This document shows, piece after piece, positions 31,606-42,817 of a DNA stretch of 64,000 nucleotides. The stretch is taken from assembly GCA_964019335.1 (NCBI GenBank), contig OZ025668.1, positions 248,001-312,000 on the forward strand. The letters run 5' to 3'. Numbering within the stretch: position 1 is the first letter of the stretch; the number at the start of each line of letters is the position of its first letter. The notes below the pieces were generated by a model, which ran no database searches, had not been told where the DNA came from, and was given only the letters and a program-made list of their open reading frames with translations. The stretch comes from Diplonema japonicum. Its lineage: Eukaryota; Protista; Euglenozoa: Diplonemea. The position numbers were made by a program, and so were the translations under genes.

Positions 31606-33246
31606 TCACTCCTGTTTCTTCTCTTTCCTCGAACGAAGGTAAACCAACAGCTGGTCCTTCTTGGCGTCCTTGTCATACACAGACATGGTGATCTTGTGCC
31701 CATAAGTGACGTTTTTGCTGACCAGTTCGGGGACGTAGTTCTGGAGCAGCTGAATGGCGAGAATGGAGCCTTCATAGAGTGCCATATCCCTGCCAAGGCA
31801 AATACGTCTCCCGGACTTAAAGACAGGGAACTCATACTGGTTTGGCTGGGTGAAGGGAATCCAGCGGTTGGGGTCAAAAACCAAAGGGTTCTCGTACCTC
31901 CTTGGGTCCCGTCCCATCGCGTAAGAACTGATTGTGACCCTTGACCCAACAGGGAGTTCGGTACCGTCTGGAAGGGTGTCGGGAGCTTTGCTGTGAGCGT
32001 TCGTGAGCGGCACAATGGGGTGCAGTCTTAACGTCTCCCAAATGACGCCTCTGAGGTACGGAAGGTCGTTCAATGATTCATATGTTGGGATCTCGCCGCC
32101 CAGGACAGTGTCGATCTCCTCGAGAAGGGCCTGCAAGACGTGCTTGTTCTCCTCCAAGCCCAGTTGGTACCACATCCAGCTCAGCGTGGCCGCAGTGGTG
32201 TCCCTCCCCGCTATCATAAACGACAGGATCATGTCCCGCAACATCTTGTCGCTGAACATCGGCTCCCCGTCGTCGTCTGTCGTCTGCATAAACAACGCCA
32301 GCAGATCCGTTGCATTCTTCGTCTCGTCCTGCCCCTTGCGCTGCTTGATTATAGAATACGTGTAATCGTCAAGAGCCTTGATGTGATCACGAAGCTCTTT
32401 ATGCACCGGCGAGCACATCTCTAAAAGAGATTCAGCCTTTGTCCCGAGGAAGTCGGGGAGCAGCTCGCGGACGAGAAGCCACCCAATGTTCTTCCTAATG
32501 AACTTGAGGAAACTGGTGTGCGCGCCGTCGAATGCACGGCCGAAGCCGACGTCCTTTCCGTCCAAGTTTCCGAGGTGCGACCCGAAGGCGATCATGCCAA
32601 AGGCGTCCATGGTGTAGGCGTGCATATAAAACTCAAGGTCGATGAGGTTCTCACCGTTGGGGCCGCGTTTCTTCTCCAGCTCTTCGACAAGGCGGTTGCC
32701 GTGATCAATGAAAACCTTCTGGTAGTAGTCCTTGAAAAGGCTGCGTGTGAAGATGTTCAAGGCGATCCTCCGCTGAAGCATCCATGACTTCCCACCGTCA
32801 GGAGCATGTGGGCCATGGTCCACCGTGAAGATCCCCATTCCCAACCAATCCGTGAACGGCTTTGCCGAACGCCCGCTGTAGTTGCTTTTTGTGTAGATGT
32901 CGAACTTGTCCTGCATGATATGCTTCACGATGACTGGGTCCGCTGTTACCAGTTCATTCCGCCCTCCCGCCAGGCCGTTGAAGAACATTGGCCCCAGTAG
33001 CTTGTACAATACCTTGTCGCTGCTGGTATACTTCCCCAGATAGTCCATATGCATGCAGTTTATTCTGTTCAAGTTCTTCGACCTCTCCTTTGCGTTCCCC
33101 CAAGGCCACAGCAACGGCGGGCCTTCCAGATGTTCAAGCATTCTGTACGCATCCTTCTGGTACTTGTACACCCCAATGGCCTTCACGATCACTGACACAA
33201 ACAGTGACAGTGTCAGTAGCAGCGGTACAGCTAATATGAGATACAT
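31606..33246 (-). CDS. cytochrome P450 (CYP86/94/704-like)
   Basis: I-helix AGRDTT, ETLRLHP, PNRW, heme motif FKSGRRICLG, N-terminal TM anchor. Confidence 0.95.
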   Translation of the reverse strand: MYLILAVPLLLTLSLFVSVIVKAIGVYKYQKDAYRMLEHLEGPPLLWPWGNAKERSKNLNRINCMHMDYLGKYTSSDKVLYKLLGPMFFNGLAGGRNELVTADPVIVKHIMQDKFDIYTKSNYSGRSAKPFTDWLGMGIFTVDHGPHAPDGGKSWMLQRRIALNIFTRSLFKDYYQKVFIDHGNRLVEELEKKRGPNGENLIDLEFYMHAYTMDAFGMIAFGSHLGNLDGKDVGFGRAFDGAHTSFLKFIRKNIGWLLVRELLPDFLGTKAESLLEMCSPVHKELRDHIKALDDYTYSIIKQRKGQDETKNATDLLALFMQTTDDDGEPMFSDKMLRDMILSFMIAGRDTTAATLSWMWYQLGLEENKHVLQALLEEIDTVLGGEIPTYESLNDLPYLRGVIWETLRLHPIVPLTNAHSKAPDTLPDGTELPVGSRVTISSYAMGRDPRRYENPLVFDPNRWIPFTQPNQYEFPVFKSGRRICLGRDMALYEGSILAIQLLQNYVPELVSKNVTYGHKITMSVYDKDAKKDQLLVYLRSRKEKKQE

Positions 33247-33456
33247 GGTTTTGCTGTCTGTTGTGGTGTGAGGATGGAGCGGTGGACGGTGTATGGGAGG
33301 AGGGGGAAAATAAAAGAAGATGGAGAAAAATAAAAGGTGGGAAGGAAATAAAAAGAAAGAAAAAATAAAAATAAAAGGGGGCGGCGAAATAGAACACTAA
33401 CATAAGAGTTCTATTTTCATCACATCACGCTGGAGATGACAGCAATGTCATGTGGT

Positions 33457-34455
33457 CTAGAGGACCTGGGCAAGGGGCACACGGTTGTGCGAGGGGTCAA
33501 CGTTGTTGCCGACGCAGTTCTCGCCACCCTCGTTGCACGGGAAGTTGTGCTCAGTGAAGGTCTTGGGGGTGGCCCACTGGCAAGACTGCTCAACGCAGAG
33601 GTCCATACCGCTGCCCTTCGACACCCTGAAGTAGCCCATCTCGCCCCAGAACTCACCCCAAGAGTTCCTCACGATCCAGTACTTCTCGCCGTTCTCCACA
33701 CCCCAGCCCACAACTGAGATGGCGTGGTCAGCACCACCGCAGTGGCCCTTTGCGATACCACCGTGGTAGTTCAGGATCTGGGTGGCGTCAACACCGCACC
33801 CGATGGGGCCACGGGCGTAGATCTCAGCCATCATGTCGGCCTCACCAGCAACGTTGCCGAACTCGGCGACGGTTGCGTTGGGGAACTTGTCGATACCAAC
33901 GCACTTACCACCGTTGGCACTGAAGGTGGAGCAGGTCCTGCAGATGTTCATCTGGTTGCACTTGGTGTCGACATCAGAGCAGAAACCTTCGGTGGACTCG
34001 GACGAGCAGGCGATGTACGGGTTGCAGGTGTCGAACACAACACCGTCCTTGTTGCCGTGGATCCACTCGAAAGCGGCACCAATGTCACCACCGTGGCACG
34101 ACCCGGCGTTACCACAGTTCAGAATGTGCTGCACGGCGAGGTTCACGTCGATGCCCTTACCCTTCCTAGCCATCTTGATACGGTCACCAAGGGAGGACAC
34201 GGCAGCGTGGGCCCAGCAAGAGCCGCAGTACTGGGGGATGTGCTGGTTCAGGTTCTTGGTGAGGTAGTTGGTACCGTTCACGTTGCCCCAGGTGAAGGCA
34301 GCAGGAAGGGCGGCAACATCCACGTAGGTGGAGGGAAGGGGGCTCACCACGTGGGAACCCTTGAAGCCCCTGGAGGCCTTCTCCTCAGCAGTCCAGAGGG
34401 ACGTAGGCTTGGCAGCAACACTGCATGCCAGGGTGAGAATGAGAGCGGAGCGCAT
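33457..34455 (-). CDS. CTSZ: cathepsin Z/X-like cysteine peptidase, copy 1
   Basis: NQHIPQYCGSCWAH mini-loop motif, DHAISVVGWG, RNSWG, short prodomain, signal peptide. Confidence 0.93.
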   Translation of the reverse strand: MRSALILTLACSVAAKPTSLWTAEEKASRGFKGSHVVSPLPSTYVDVAALPAAFTWGNVNGTNYLTKNLNQHIPQYCGSCWAHAAVSSLGDRIKMARKGKGIDVNLAVQHILNCGNAGSCHGGDIGAAFEWIHGNKDGVVFDTCNPYIACSSESTEGFCSDVDTKCNQMNICRTCSTFSANGGKCVGIDKFPNATVAEFGNVAGEADMMAEIYARGPIGCGVDATQILNYHGGIAKGHCGGADHAISVVGWGVENGEKYWIVRNSWGEFWGEMGYFRVSKGSGMDLCVEQSCQWATPKTFTEHNFPCNEGGENCVGNNVDPSHNRVPLAQVL

Positions 34456-34729
34456 CTTTAAGAGATTTACCTATGGAAAGGGGGAATGGTTGGACAAAAG
34501 GCCAACGAATAAGGGGAGCGAAAAAGTGGGGAATATGAAAAGTAACGAAAGAAAACTAGACAGGGTCGCCTAAAAAGTAAGGTGGGAGGTTGGGATGGAT
34601 GGCATTTGGACAGTTGCAAAACACCAAAAAGGTGAATAAGATAAAAAGATGAAAGGAAAAAAAAGTTGGGGGACGTTTCAAAAAAGTTCACAACAAATCA
34701 CGCTGGACGACATCATAATGTCATGTGGT

Positions 34730-35728
34730 CTAGAGGACCTGGGCAAGGGGCACACGGTTGTGCGAGGGGTCAACGTTGTTGCCGACGCAGTTCTCGCCAC
34801 CCTCGTTGCACGGGAAGTTGTGCTCAGTGAAGGTCTTGGGGGTGGCCCACTGGCAAGACTGCTCAACGCAGAGGTCCATACCGCTGCCCTTCGACACCCT
34901 GAAGTAGCCCATCTCGCCCCAGAACTCACCCCAAGAGTTCCTCACGATCCAGTACTTCTCGCCGTTCTCCACACCCCAGCCCACAACTGAGATGGCGTGG
35001 TCAGCACCACCGCAGTGGCCCTTTGCGATACCACCGTGGTAGTTCAGGATCTGGGTGGCGTCAACACCGCACCCGATGGGGCCACGGGCGTAGATCTCAG
35101 CCATCATGTCGGCCTCACCAGCAACGTTGCCGAACTCGGCGACGGTTGCGTTGGGGAACTTGTCGATACCAACGCACTTACCACCGTTGGCACTGAAGGT
35201 GGAGCAGGTCCTGCAGATGTTCATCTGGTTGCACTTGGTGTCGACATCAGAGCAGAAACCTTCGGTGGACTCGGACGAGCAGGCGATGTACGGGTTGCAG
35301 GTGTCGAACACAACACCGTCCTTGTTGCCGTGGATCCACTCGAAAGCGGCACCAATGTCACCACCGTGGCACGACCCGGCGTTACCACAGTTCAGAATGT
35401 GCTGCACGGCGAGGTTCACGTCGATGCCCTTACCCTTCCTAGCCATCTTGATACGGTCACCAAGGGAGGACACGGCAGCGTGGGCCCAGCAAGAGCCGCA
35501 GTACTGGGGGATGTGCTGGTTCAGGTTCTTGGTGAGGTAGTTGGTACCGTTCACGTTGCCCCAGGTGAAGGCAGCAGGAAGGGCGGCAACATCCACGTAG
35601 GTGGAGGGAAGGGGGCTCACCACGTGGGAACCCTTGAAGCCCCTGGAGGCCTTCTCCTCAGCAGTCCAGAGGGACGTAGGCTTGGCGGCAACACTGCATG
35701 CCAGGGTGAGAATGAGAGCGGAGCGCAT
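34730..35728 (-). CDS. CTSZ: cathepsin Z/X-like cysteine peptidase, copy 2
   Basis: Same protein as copy 1 (offset 1273 bp). Confidence 0.93.
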   Translation of the reverse strand: MRSALILTLACSVAAKPTSLWTAEEKASRGFKGSHVVSPLPSTYVDVAALPAAFTWGNVNGTNYLTKNLNQHIPQYCGSCWAHAAVSSLGDRIKMARKGKGIDVNLAVQHILNCGNAGSCHGGDIGAAFEWIHGNKDGVVFDTCNPYIACSSESTEGFCSDVDTKCNQMNICRTCSTFSANGGKCVGIDKFPNATVAEFGNVAGEADMMAEIYARGPIGCGVDATQILNYHGGIAKGHCGGADHAISVVGWGVENGEKYWIVRNSWGEFWGEMGYFRVSKGSGMDLCVEQSCQWATPKTFTEHNFPCNEGGENCVGNNVDPSHNRVPLAQVL

Positions 35729-35886
35729 CTTAATTGGTTTTCTGTTATGAATAATAAACAAGATCACACAGCCGTGGGGGAGGGGGGAGGGGAAATGGTG
35801 TAAACCTCTTTTCTTTTTTTTTTCTTTTCTATCTTTTGTCCCAGATAGGGTTTACACGGGGATGCGAAATATCTAGTACTGTAATG

Positions 35887-36348
35887 TCATGCTTCTTTTT
35901 TTGAAACCTTTCGTCTCTTGGCGCTACCAATGTCACAAGAGAACTCATAAGCGTCTTTGTCGGCGAGCCTACGGTAATAGTCGGGGACGAGACGGCTTTT
36001 AGTAAAACCGTTTCGTTGGTAGAAGCTGTGGAGGTCCGAGCTTTGCGACTGGGCGTGAAGGGTGAGGAAAGAGACGCGGCCCGAGAGGTGGCGCTTGTAG
36101 TGTTGCAGAAGCTCGCTGCCATGACCCTGAGACCTCATGAACGGCTTCACCGCGATGCAAAAAATGTATCCAGCATCGTCACCAACCAGCGCCCCGCACA
36201 CCATCTCGTCTTCTGTTAGCACAAAACTACACTTCAAGCACTTTGTCTTCACCAATTTCATCATATTCGGTTGATACCCCGGCAACGCGCTCCTCAGCAA
36301 TACCTGAACACCAGCCATGTGTGCATCTTCCAACGGTGTGATTGACAT
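35887..36348 (-). CDS. GNAT N-acetyltransferase (NAA50/RimI-like)
   Basis: YIFCIAVKPFMRSQGHGSELL, LTLHAQ, FYQRNGF, VPDYY. Confidence 0.88.
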   Translation of the reverse strand: MSITPLEDAHMAGVQVLLRSALPGYQPNMMKLVKTKCLKCSFVLTEDEMVCGALVGDDAGYIFCIAVKPFMRSQGHGSELLQHYKRHLSGRVSFLTLHAQSQSSDLHSFYQRNGFTKSRLVPDYYRRLADKDAYEFSCDIGSAKRRKVSKKEA

Positions 36349-36403
36349 ACAGTGCTATGTCCCTTTTCTATTCTACTTATTGTTTCTTTTTTTTTTTTTT
36401 TTT

Positions 36404-37494
36404 CATAGTATCCAGGGTTAACCGATCACCCGCGGGTTTTTAATTACAATCGGGTTTTAAATTGACGTCAAATGAAAGGCGAGCATGCAACCATGCTTAA
36501 AACCCTTATATTCGTATCCCGGCCCCCCCAGATACACAAAGCCGACCAGGGAGCATCAAAACGACTTAGAAAAGGATTATTTTCCCGAAAAGCTGTTTTT
36601 TCGCTTTTTTTGGCGGGTTTTTTAATTAAAAGCGAAAAAACAAAAAAAATCGAAAATCAAAAATTAAAACAGGAGGAGAGCATGCAACCATGCCTAAAAC
36701 CCTTCGTTTCGTCCCTCGGGGCCCCCAGATACACAAAGCCGACCCCAGGGGCATCCAAATGACATAGAAAAGGATTATTTTCCTGAAAAGCTGGGTTTTC
36801 CCTTTTTTTGGCGGTTTTTCTTCTTTTTTCTGTTTAAATAGGAGCGAAATCAAAAATCAATAATTAGAACGGGAGGAGAGCGTGCAACCATACTTATAAC
36901 CCTTGTATTCGTCTCCCAGACCTCCCAGATACACAAAGCCTGCATCGAAACGACTTAGAAAAGGATTATTTTCCCGAAAATCGGGATTTTCCCTGTTTTT
37001 GGCGGGTTTTTAACTAGGCGCGAAAGTCAATAGAGAGCAGCTTTCTGAGCCAGCCACGTCGTCTCAAGGCTGTGGTCCATTTGGGCTATGGCCGAGTAGG
37101 ACCTCTCACACGTCTGCAGAGGTAGGCTGTCGCGTACCGTTGCGAAGCCGCGCTAGAAAAACTAGTTGATGGCAGCGTAATGAGCTATTTTTATTAGGTA
37201 AAATTCCGCTCGTGCGCATAAACAAACCCTTTTTCAAAACTGCATTTAAAGCCTTAAATAAGGCTCTATTTTGGGTTTTGGGCTCAGATCGTCAAAATAG
37301 GGTTTCTGAAAAAAAAAATTTTGAGCATGGTCTTGGTATTTTTTTGCCAGAAATATGGGTTTTGGATCAATCAAACCGATCCGAAATTAAAAAAAAACCC
37401 ATCATTAACCCGACGGTGATCGAAAATCTAAAAAAAAAATTGCTCGGGTTGGGTTTTAAAACCCGAAGGTGATCGGTTAACCCTGGATACTATG
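36404..37494. mobile_element. non-autonomous TIR element (CATAG...CTATG ends, P-element-like) with internal ~200-bp tandem repeats
   Basis: Perfect 27-bp TIR CATAGTATCCAGGGTTAACCGATCACC (36404-30 / 37468-94); repeat units start at about 36481, 36678, 36878; inserted in a T-run. Confidence 0.85.
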
Positions 37495-37679
37495 TTTTTT
37501 ATAGAGAAAATAAAAATAAAAATAAAAATGAAAAAAAAAAAAAAATATATATATATGGAAGAAATAAGAAAGAAGGAAAAGGGAAGGAAGCGCGTTCTGC
37601 CTCGTGTTGAGTGAAACCCGTAAAACAAAAAAAAAAAAAATTACACTTTCTTGCCCCAAAAACTTTTTTTGTGAAAAAA

Positions 37680-38435
37680 TTACGGAGCATAGAGAGGGGC
37701 GAAGTTGCAGTAAGACCAGCTTGAGGCCACCACAAGATGGAATAGCGAGTGGTGGATGTGGTGTGTCGGTAGGCCATGATGTCTCCTGGCGATCATACTG
37801 AAATAAATGCAACTAGACGCAACGGCAGCATAGCTGCTCACAGAGTCGAGAAGCGTAAGATCAGGACGGATAGAGGGCTTGATGAAGCCGTAGGTAGTGA
37901 GTGCCAGTGCAGACCAGCGGTCGGCCGGGTGCCATATCGACGCGTTTGGCACCATGACATGATCGGCCATGAAGGAAAAGCAGCATTGAGACAGCAGCAT
38001 AGCCACCTCGTGCTGGTTTAAATCGTACATTTCACCATTGAAGAAGAATAGGATATCGATGGCTGGTACCGCGAAAAACCAGCAGCTCAGGCCTTTCAGG
38101 GCTGTCTTCTCTGGTTTGTGTCTGTCAGTCCCGCACTTTGTGCTGAAGGCGAAGTTCCACATAGCTTGCCCTACACCCCCAGATTTTACGGGTGTTCCCA
38201 TTTTCTTTTCCTCCAGGGCCCGTTCTTTTCTCAGAGCGTCGCCGGTCCCTCTTGTTTTCTCTCTTATCGCGAGCATGATTACCAGTGATAGCTGCGCTAT
38301 GCAGATGTACTCTGGCTGCATCCAGTCCGCTTCCCAGTACCTTCCTGCCCAGAACAGGAACGGGCAACATACGATTAACCATTCCAGCAGCTCTAGGGTG
38401 TTCAAAATCGTAGCAGCGCTTTGCCGTTTTGCCAT
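37680..38435 (-). CDS. multi-pass membrane protein with conserved-looking His motifs (251 aa)
   Basis: Several TM segments; SFMADH, WHPADR, HHIHHSLFH. Confidence 0.7.
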   Translation of the reverse strand: MAKRQSAATILNTLELLEWLIVCCPFLFWAGRYWEADWMQPEYICIAQLSLVIMLAIREKTRGTGDALRKERALEEKKMGTPVKSGGVGQAMWNFAFSTKCGTDRHKPEKTALKGLSCWFFAVPAIDILFFFNGEMYDLNQHEVAMLLSQCCFSFMADHVMVPNASIWHPADRWSALALTTYGFIKPSIRPDLTLLDSVSSYAAVASSCIYFSMIARRHHGLPTHHIHHSLFHLVVASSWSYCNFAPLYAP

Positions 38436-38522
38436 GTTTTTTCCCCCCCCCCTTTTTTTCCTGTCATGATAATGCCGATTGTGACAAGGGGAAGGGGGGG
38501 GGGGAGAAGAAGAAAGAAGATA

Positions 38523-38558
<36 letters not shown>

Positions 38559-38871
38559 GTGGCCAGGTGGAGAGGAAGGAGAAAGAAGAAAGAAAGAAGG
38601 AAAAAAAAAAAAGAAAAATCCAACAACAACAATAAATAAACAATAAGATATGGATCGTCAGCTTAAAGATCACTGCTCTGTTTCAGTACACTGTAACGAT
38701 AAAAAAAAAAAAAAAAAAGGATCACGTTTAGTTCCTACCTGATGATGTTCCCTTTCTGAGGGGCTCCAAGAGCATTCTATCAAACCGAGGCAAAAAGAAG
38801 AAGAACAAAATTCTTTATCCAAATAAAATCACATTTCTGGTTTCACGCGTATGCCCCCCATATTTTTATTT

Positions 38872-39235
38872 TTATTTTCACCCTTCTGAAATTACTTCAC
38901 GTTCTCGGGGCTCATTACTTCACAGCGAACTATAGCCTGCCGCGGTTTAGTTCCCAGTGGGGCAACTTTCGTTCCAAGCTATTAGTTTTCATCCCAATTT
39001 GTCCACTTTTGGTTAGGCTTAGTTCCCAGTTGGGCAACTTTTCTACCCAGTCAGCTTACCAAGCTCCCCAAAAGACTTCAAAATGCCGTAGCGGCAGAAA
39101 GTGAGGAGCGATAGCTTATCTGATGGTGCCAGTGGCAATGTGGAAAAACAGCTTGAAGTGCCCCTCTCTTGTTGTGCTCCTTGTCACCTCTTTTGCTGCC
39201 TCGTGGTGAAGTAATTTCAGAGAGTCGTGAAATAA
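38872..39235. mobile_element. MITE-like element
   Basis: Inverted repeat TCTGAAATTACTTCAC (38885-900) / GTGAAGTAATTTCAGA (39206-21) with imperfect outward extension; internal direct repeat TTAGTTCCCAGT(G/T)GGGCAACTTT. Confidence 0.65.
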
Positions 39236-40261
39236 TACCATAATACCACTTACCTACTCGATGGTAAAATGCGGAACCTCAAGGTAAAGTCATTACTAAT
39301 ATAGCTATTATTATTTTCTTTTTTTTTTATTGGAGAAAACTGGACACTTTTAGTATTTTTGTGCGCCGCCCAACTCATTTCTGTTCTATCCCCTTATTGG
39401 GGGTTTTGTCACCTAAAAAATTCAAATTAACATGCAAACTCCCTGAGACGAAAGCAGCATGCCCTAAAAAGGGGGAAGGGATGGTCAGTACTGGGTGTCT
39501 CTCAGTTTCGGACATATCTCGCGACTCCTCCAGGTGCTGTCCTCTTCAGGCGAGAGGCACCCTTCAATGGCTCCTACTAGCGTCCCAGCAGGTTGGAGAG
39601 TACTTTTCCCGACCGAAAAAAAAGAAAAAGAAAAAAAAAAGAGGAAAAAAAAAAGTTGTTCCCCAAGAAAGTGGATCCGGGAAAAATACATTGACTTTTT
39701 ATAAAACAAGGTAGCAAAGCTTGTCCGAGTGGAGATGGTTTAGAGTAAAGGTCGGTCCGAGGGAGGGAGGGGGAGCAGGGGTTCTTTTTTTTTTTTTTTT
39801 TTTTTTTTTTCTTCCTTTGCCGTTTTGCGTACAACTGGCAGCGCTTTTTCTTTTTCCCCCCTCCTTCTTCTTTTACCCTCATTGCCTACTTTATTCTCTT
39901 AGCAACAAAACATAACGAATGAAGAAAAAAAAAACAAGACGAAGAAATAAAAACAACTGCAAAAACGAAAAATCTTCGTCAAGAAAAAGTGGGTACCAGT
40001 GATGCTCCCCTTCTGGGGTCGTTCCCCGCTCATCTTCCACTTCTTGGCTGACCACAGCGGCCCGCACAGTGACGTGACCCTGCTCAGCCCTGCAGCGACC
40101 TACCGCCCTAAGAAACTTTCTTTTTTTTTTCTGACGAACTATCGAATTTACAGTATAAAGGGAGAAGAAAAAAAATAAAAAAAAAATAAAAATACCCTCT
40201 TCATTGAAAGCGCCATGCCCTTCTCCCCTCAAGGGGGCGGACAAACCGATCTTTGGAGGGG

Positions 40262-40302
<41 letters not shown>

Positions 40303-40789
40303 GGGTTCCTTTTTTTTTTTGAGCAAAGAGAAAATCACTTCATCATCAAAAAAAAAAAGGTGGGGGTAGGGAAAGTAAATATGCTTTAGGGATTGTCGGG
40401 GTTGTGTACACCCAAAGTGTCACCTAAAGGGTAGAGCAACTAAATAAAAATGGTCGATTATACGGTTGTCATCATCTGTGAATTCGTCCTCACTCTTACT
40501 AAAATAACCACTGAGGTGAATAAAAAAAAAAAAAAACTGGCCTTCCTTGAAAACCGAATAATTAACCTTGATATATTCACTAAATAAAAGCAAAAAGAAA
40601 TAAAAACGGGGGGGAGGGTGGCAATTCGGCATGGCATTGCCTCACTTGAACACCTTATGTGCATTGGCTCAGCGCACTGGCCTAGTACCTGTAAGCGACC
40701 CCCCTCGCTGTTGAATGAAGTAAAATTGAGGAGAGTCCTCAAGTCACACGCAATGATATCTAATGTCATTCTCTTGAAATATTTAAAAT

Positions 40790-40871
40790 AAAGAGTCGGT
40801 TGATTGTTGTTGGTACACAGCCGGGGTTAACCTGTAGAAGGACAAGCCCAACAGTGCTACCACTACTCTTT
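40790..40871. repeat. 82-bp dispersed hairpin-forming repeat, copy 2
   Basis: Near-identical to 13436-13517; followed by a long A-run. Confidence 0.9.
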
Positions 40872-40874
40872 CAT

Positions 40875-40915
<41 letters not shown>

Positions 40916-42232
40916 GCTGGAGACATGTAATATCCCAATGGGTTGGAAACGAAGAAAAAAAAAATAAAATAAATAAATAAAAAACTAAAGTCGGTATTGT
41001 TGTTTGGTTAAACTCATCTCGTTTCTTTTAACAAGGACAATTCAGCCAATCAAAGTATAGTAATTTAAAAAAAAAGAAAAAAAAAAAAAAGGGTGGAAAG
41101 AGAAACAAGAACATACATAGTTCTGTGATGGAATGTTTGTAGTGAAGCTTTTTTAGAAAAGGGCAAAAAAAAGAAAATTTTAAAAAAAAAAAAGAGGGCA
41201 AGGAGACGTTCAGTCAAAAGATGAATGCTAAAGCCCGGGGGTTAAACAAAGGTGGGTGGAATTCTGTGTAAAACACTCCCCCCCCCCCCCCCCCCTCCCT
41301 TTTTTTCTTTCTTATTCTGTATTAGTTTTGGAATGAAGGAAAAACAAGATACTCGCAAAAAAAAAAAAAAAAAAAGAAAAAAAAATCGATCTTTAACGTC
41401 AAGGGACAAATCGAACAACGCTCCAAGTGCACAAGGGGTGGGGGTGTTTGTAGTCAAAAACGACACATTGTGCGGCACCACCTCTCAGACATGGCGTGCC
41501 TAGTCCCCGTTTCCTCGCGGTAGGGTGGGGGGGGGGGCATCTTTTTCTATTGCCGAAAAGCCAAATGCGATCCATGTTACCCTGTTTTGAAAGGTCCGGT
41601 ATGCCTGGGTGACAGTTGCTCGCATGGATTCTCACCGCCGAGCACCGTCACCCGAAGAACGCTTGAGGGGAGGTGTCGTTACGCACCTAGACCCGGCCAA
41701 AGGTCTTGCTGCCCCTTGGAAAAAAAGAAATCTGGCAGGGCGCCTTTTAAAAAAAGAAGTAAACGACGAAGAAATGGCCGTATTTCTCTCCCTTGAAGGA
41801 TTTCACAAATTTCACTGAAAAGCCGCCTTGATTGCGCAGTGCTGCTGCCCATGGGCTCAGGTGGAGAAATAGGTTGCAAGAAAGGGGGGAGGGAGGGGAG
41901 AGAAGAAATAGTTTGTGACTTATGACTTGTATGTTCGCGCTAAAAGCGAAAAAAAAAAAAAGAAAGAAAAAAGAGAGGAAAAAAAAAAAACCTTAAAAAG
42001 CTGCTAAAGTTCTTTTTTCGACACAAGCAGCATAAGATAATATATGAGCCAGGAAGTCTTAGTGAGACGCCCCTTTGTTCCTCATCTAACATAAGACCAT
42101 AATTCTTTCTTTTGAACAAAAACGGAGCCGTCCAGAAGAAGAAGAAGAAGAAAGAAGAAAAAACCTGTTATGTCAAAAGTGCTCTGCGCAAGCAACAGCC
42201 GTCTGAAGCAATAAAAGAAGAAAAAAAAAATA

Positions 42233-42785
42233 CTGTAAAACAAAAAATGCCGGACGGACAAACGTCCGGTATTAAAAATCTCTCTATAGCTTTTCAGTCA
42301 GAAACCAATGGGAGGAGACAGAGGGGGGCCACCCTGCCAACTTATAATTCGCCATGCCTTTCTAGAATGGAGGGAACAACTCCTGGTGAAGCCGTGAGGC
42401 TCCATTCTTTGGTTCCAGAAAGGGAGAGCGAACTCGCCGGTTATCGCTCTTATCGCCAAGCCCACCTTCACAACTTGGGTACCACGCTTCTCTTTAGTAC
42501 TGTCCCTAACGGCATCATTTGAAGTGCCGTTTGGTCCGTATTCCAGGTGAGTTGGGGCTTAATGGTAAAAAGTCGGGCAACTTCCTTGTCCCCCTGGTTC
42601 CCCAATTTCAGCAATTGTCACCCAGAAGCTTTGCCGGGCTAAAAAATACAACAAAAAAACTTCCTCTTAGGATCCTACGTAAGGTAACAATCCTACCAGC
42701 CCCCATGGAAAAAAAATGCCGGGGAGCTTGTCCGCAGGCATTTTTCCGTTCGGCTTTTGTCCGCCCGGCATTTTTTGTTTTACAG
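42233..42785 (-). mobile_element. internally deleted pogo/Tc1-mariner-like DNA transposon
   Basis: TA flanks, ~30-bp TIR CTGTAAAACAAAAAATGCCGG(A/G)CGGACAAA, degenerate transposase remnant IKPQLTWNTDQTALQMMP...TKEKRGTQVV on the minus strand. Confidence 0.82.
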
Positions 42786-42817
42786 TAAACAGCGATCGAA
42801 TCGTGTTGGTGCATGTA

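Noticed and set aside
36478-37010. CRISPR-like array
   Set aside because: Whole ~200-bp units are homologous, with no unique spacers and no cas genes; eukaryotic context.
38738-38790. C/D box snoRNA (TGATGA...CTGA...CCGA)
   Set aside because: On the non-transcribed strand, too short, imperfect D box, no recognisable rRNA guide.
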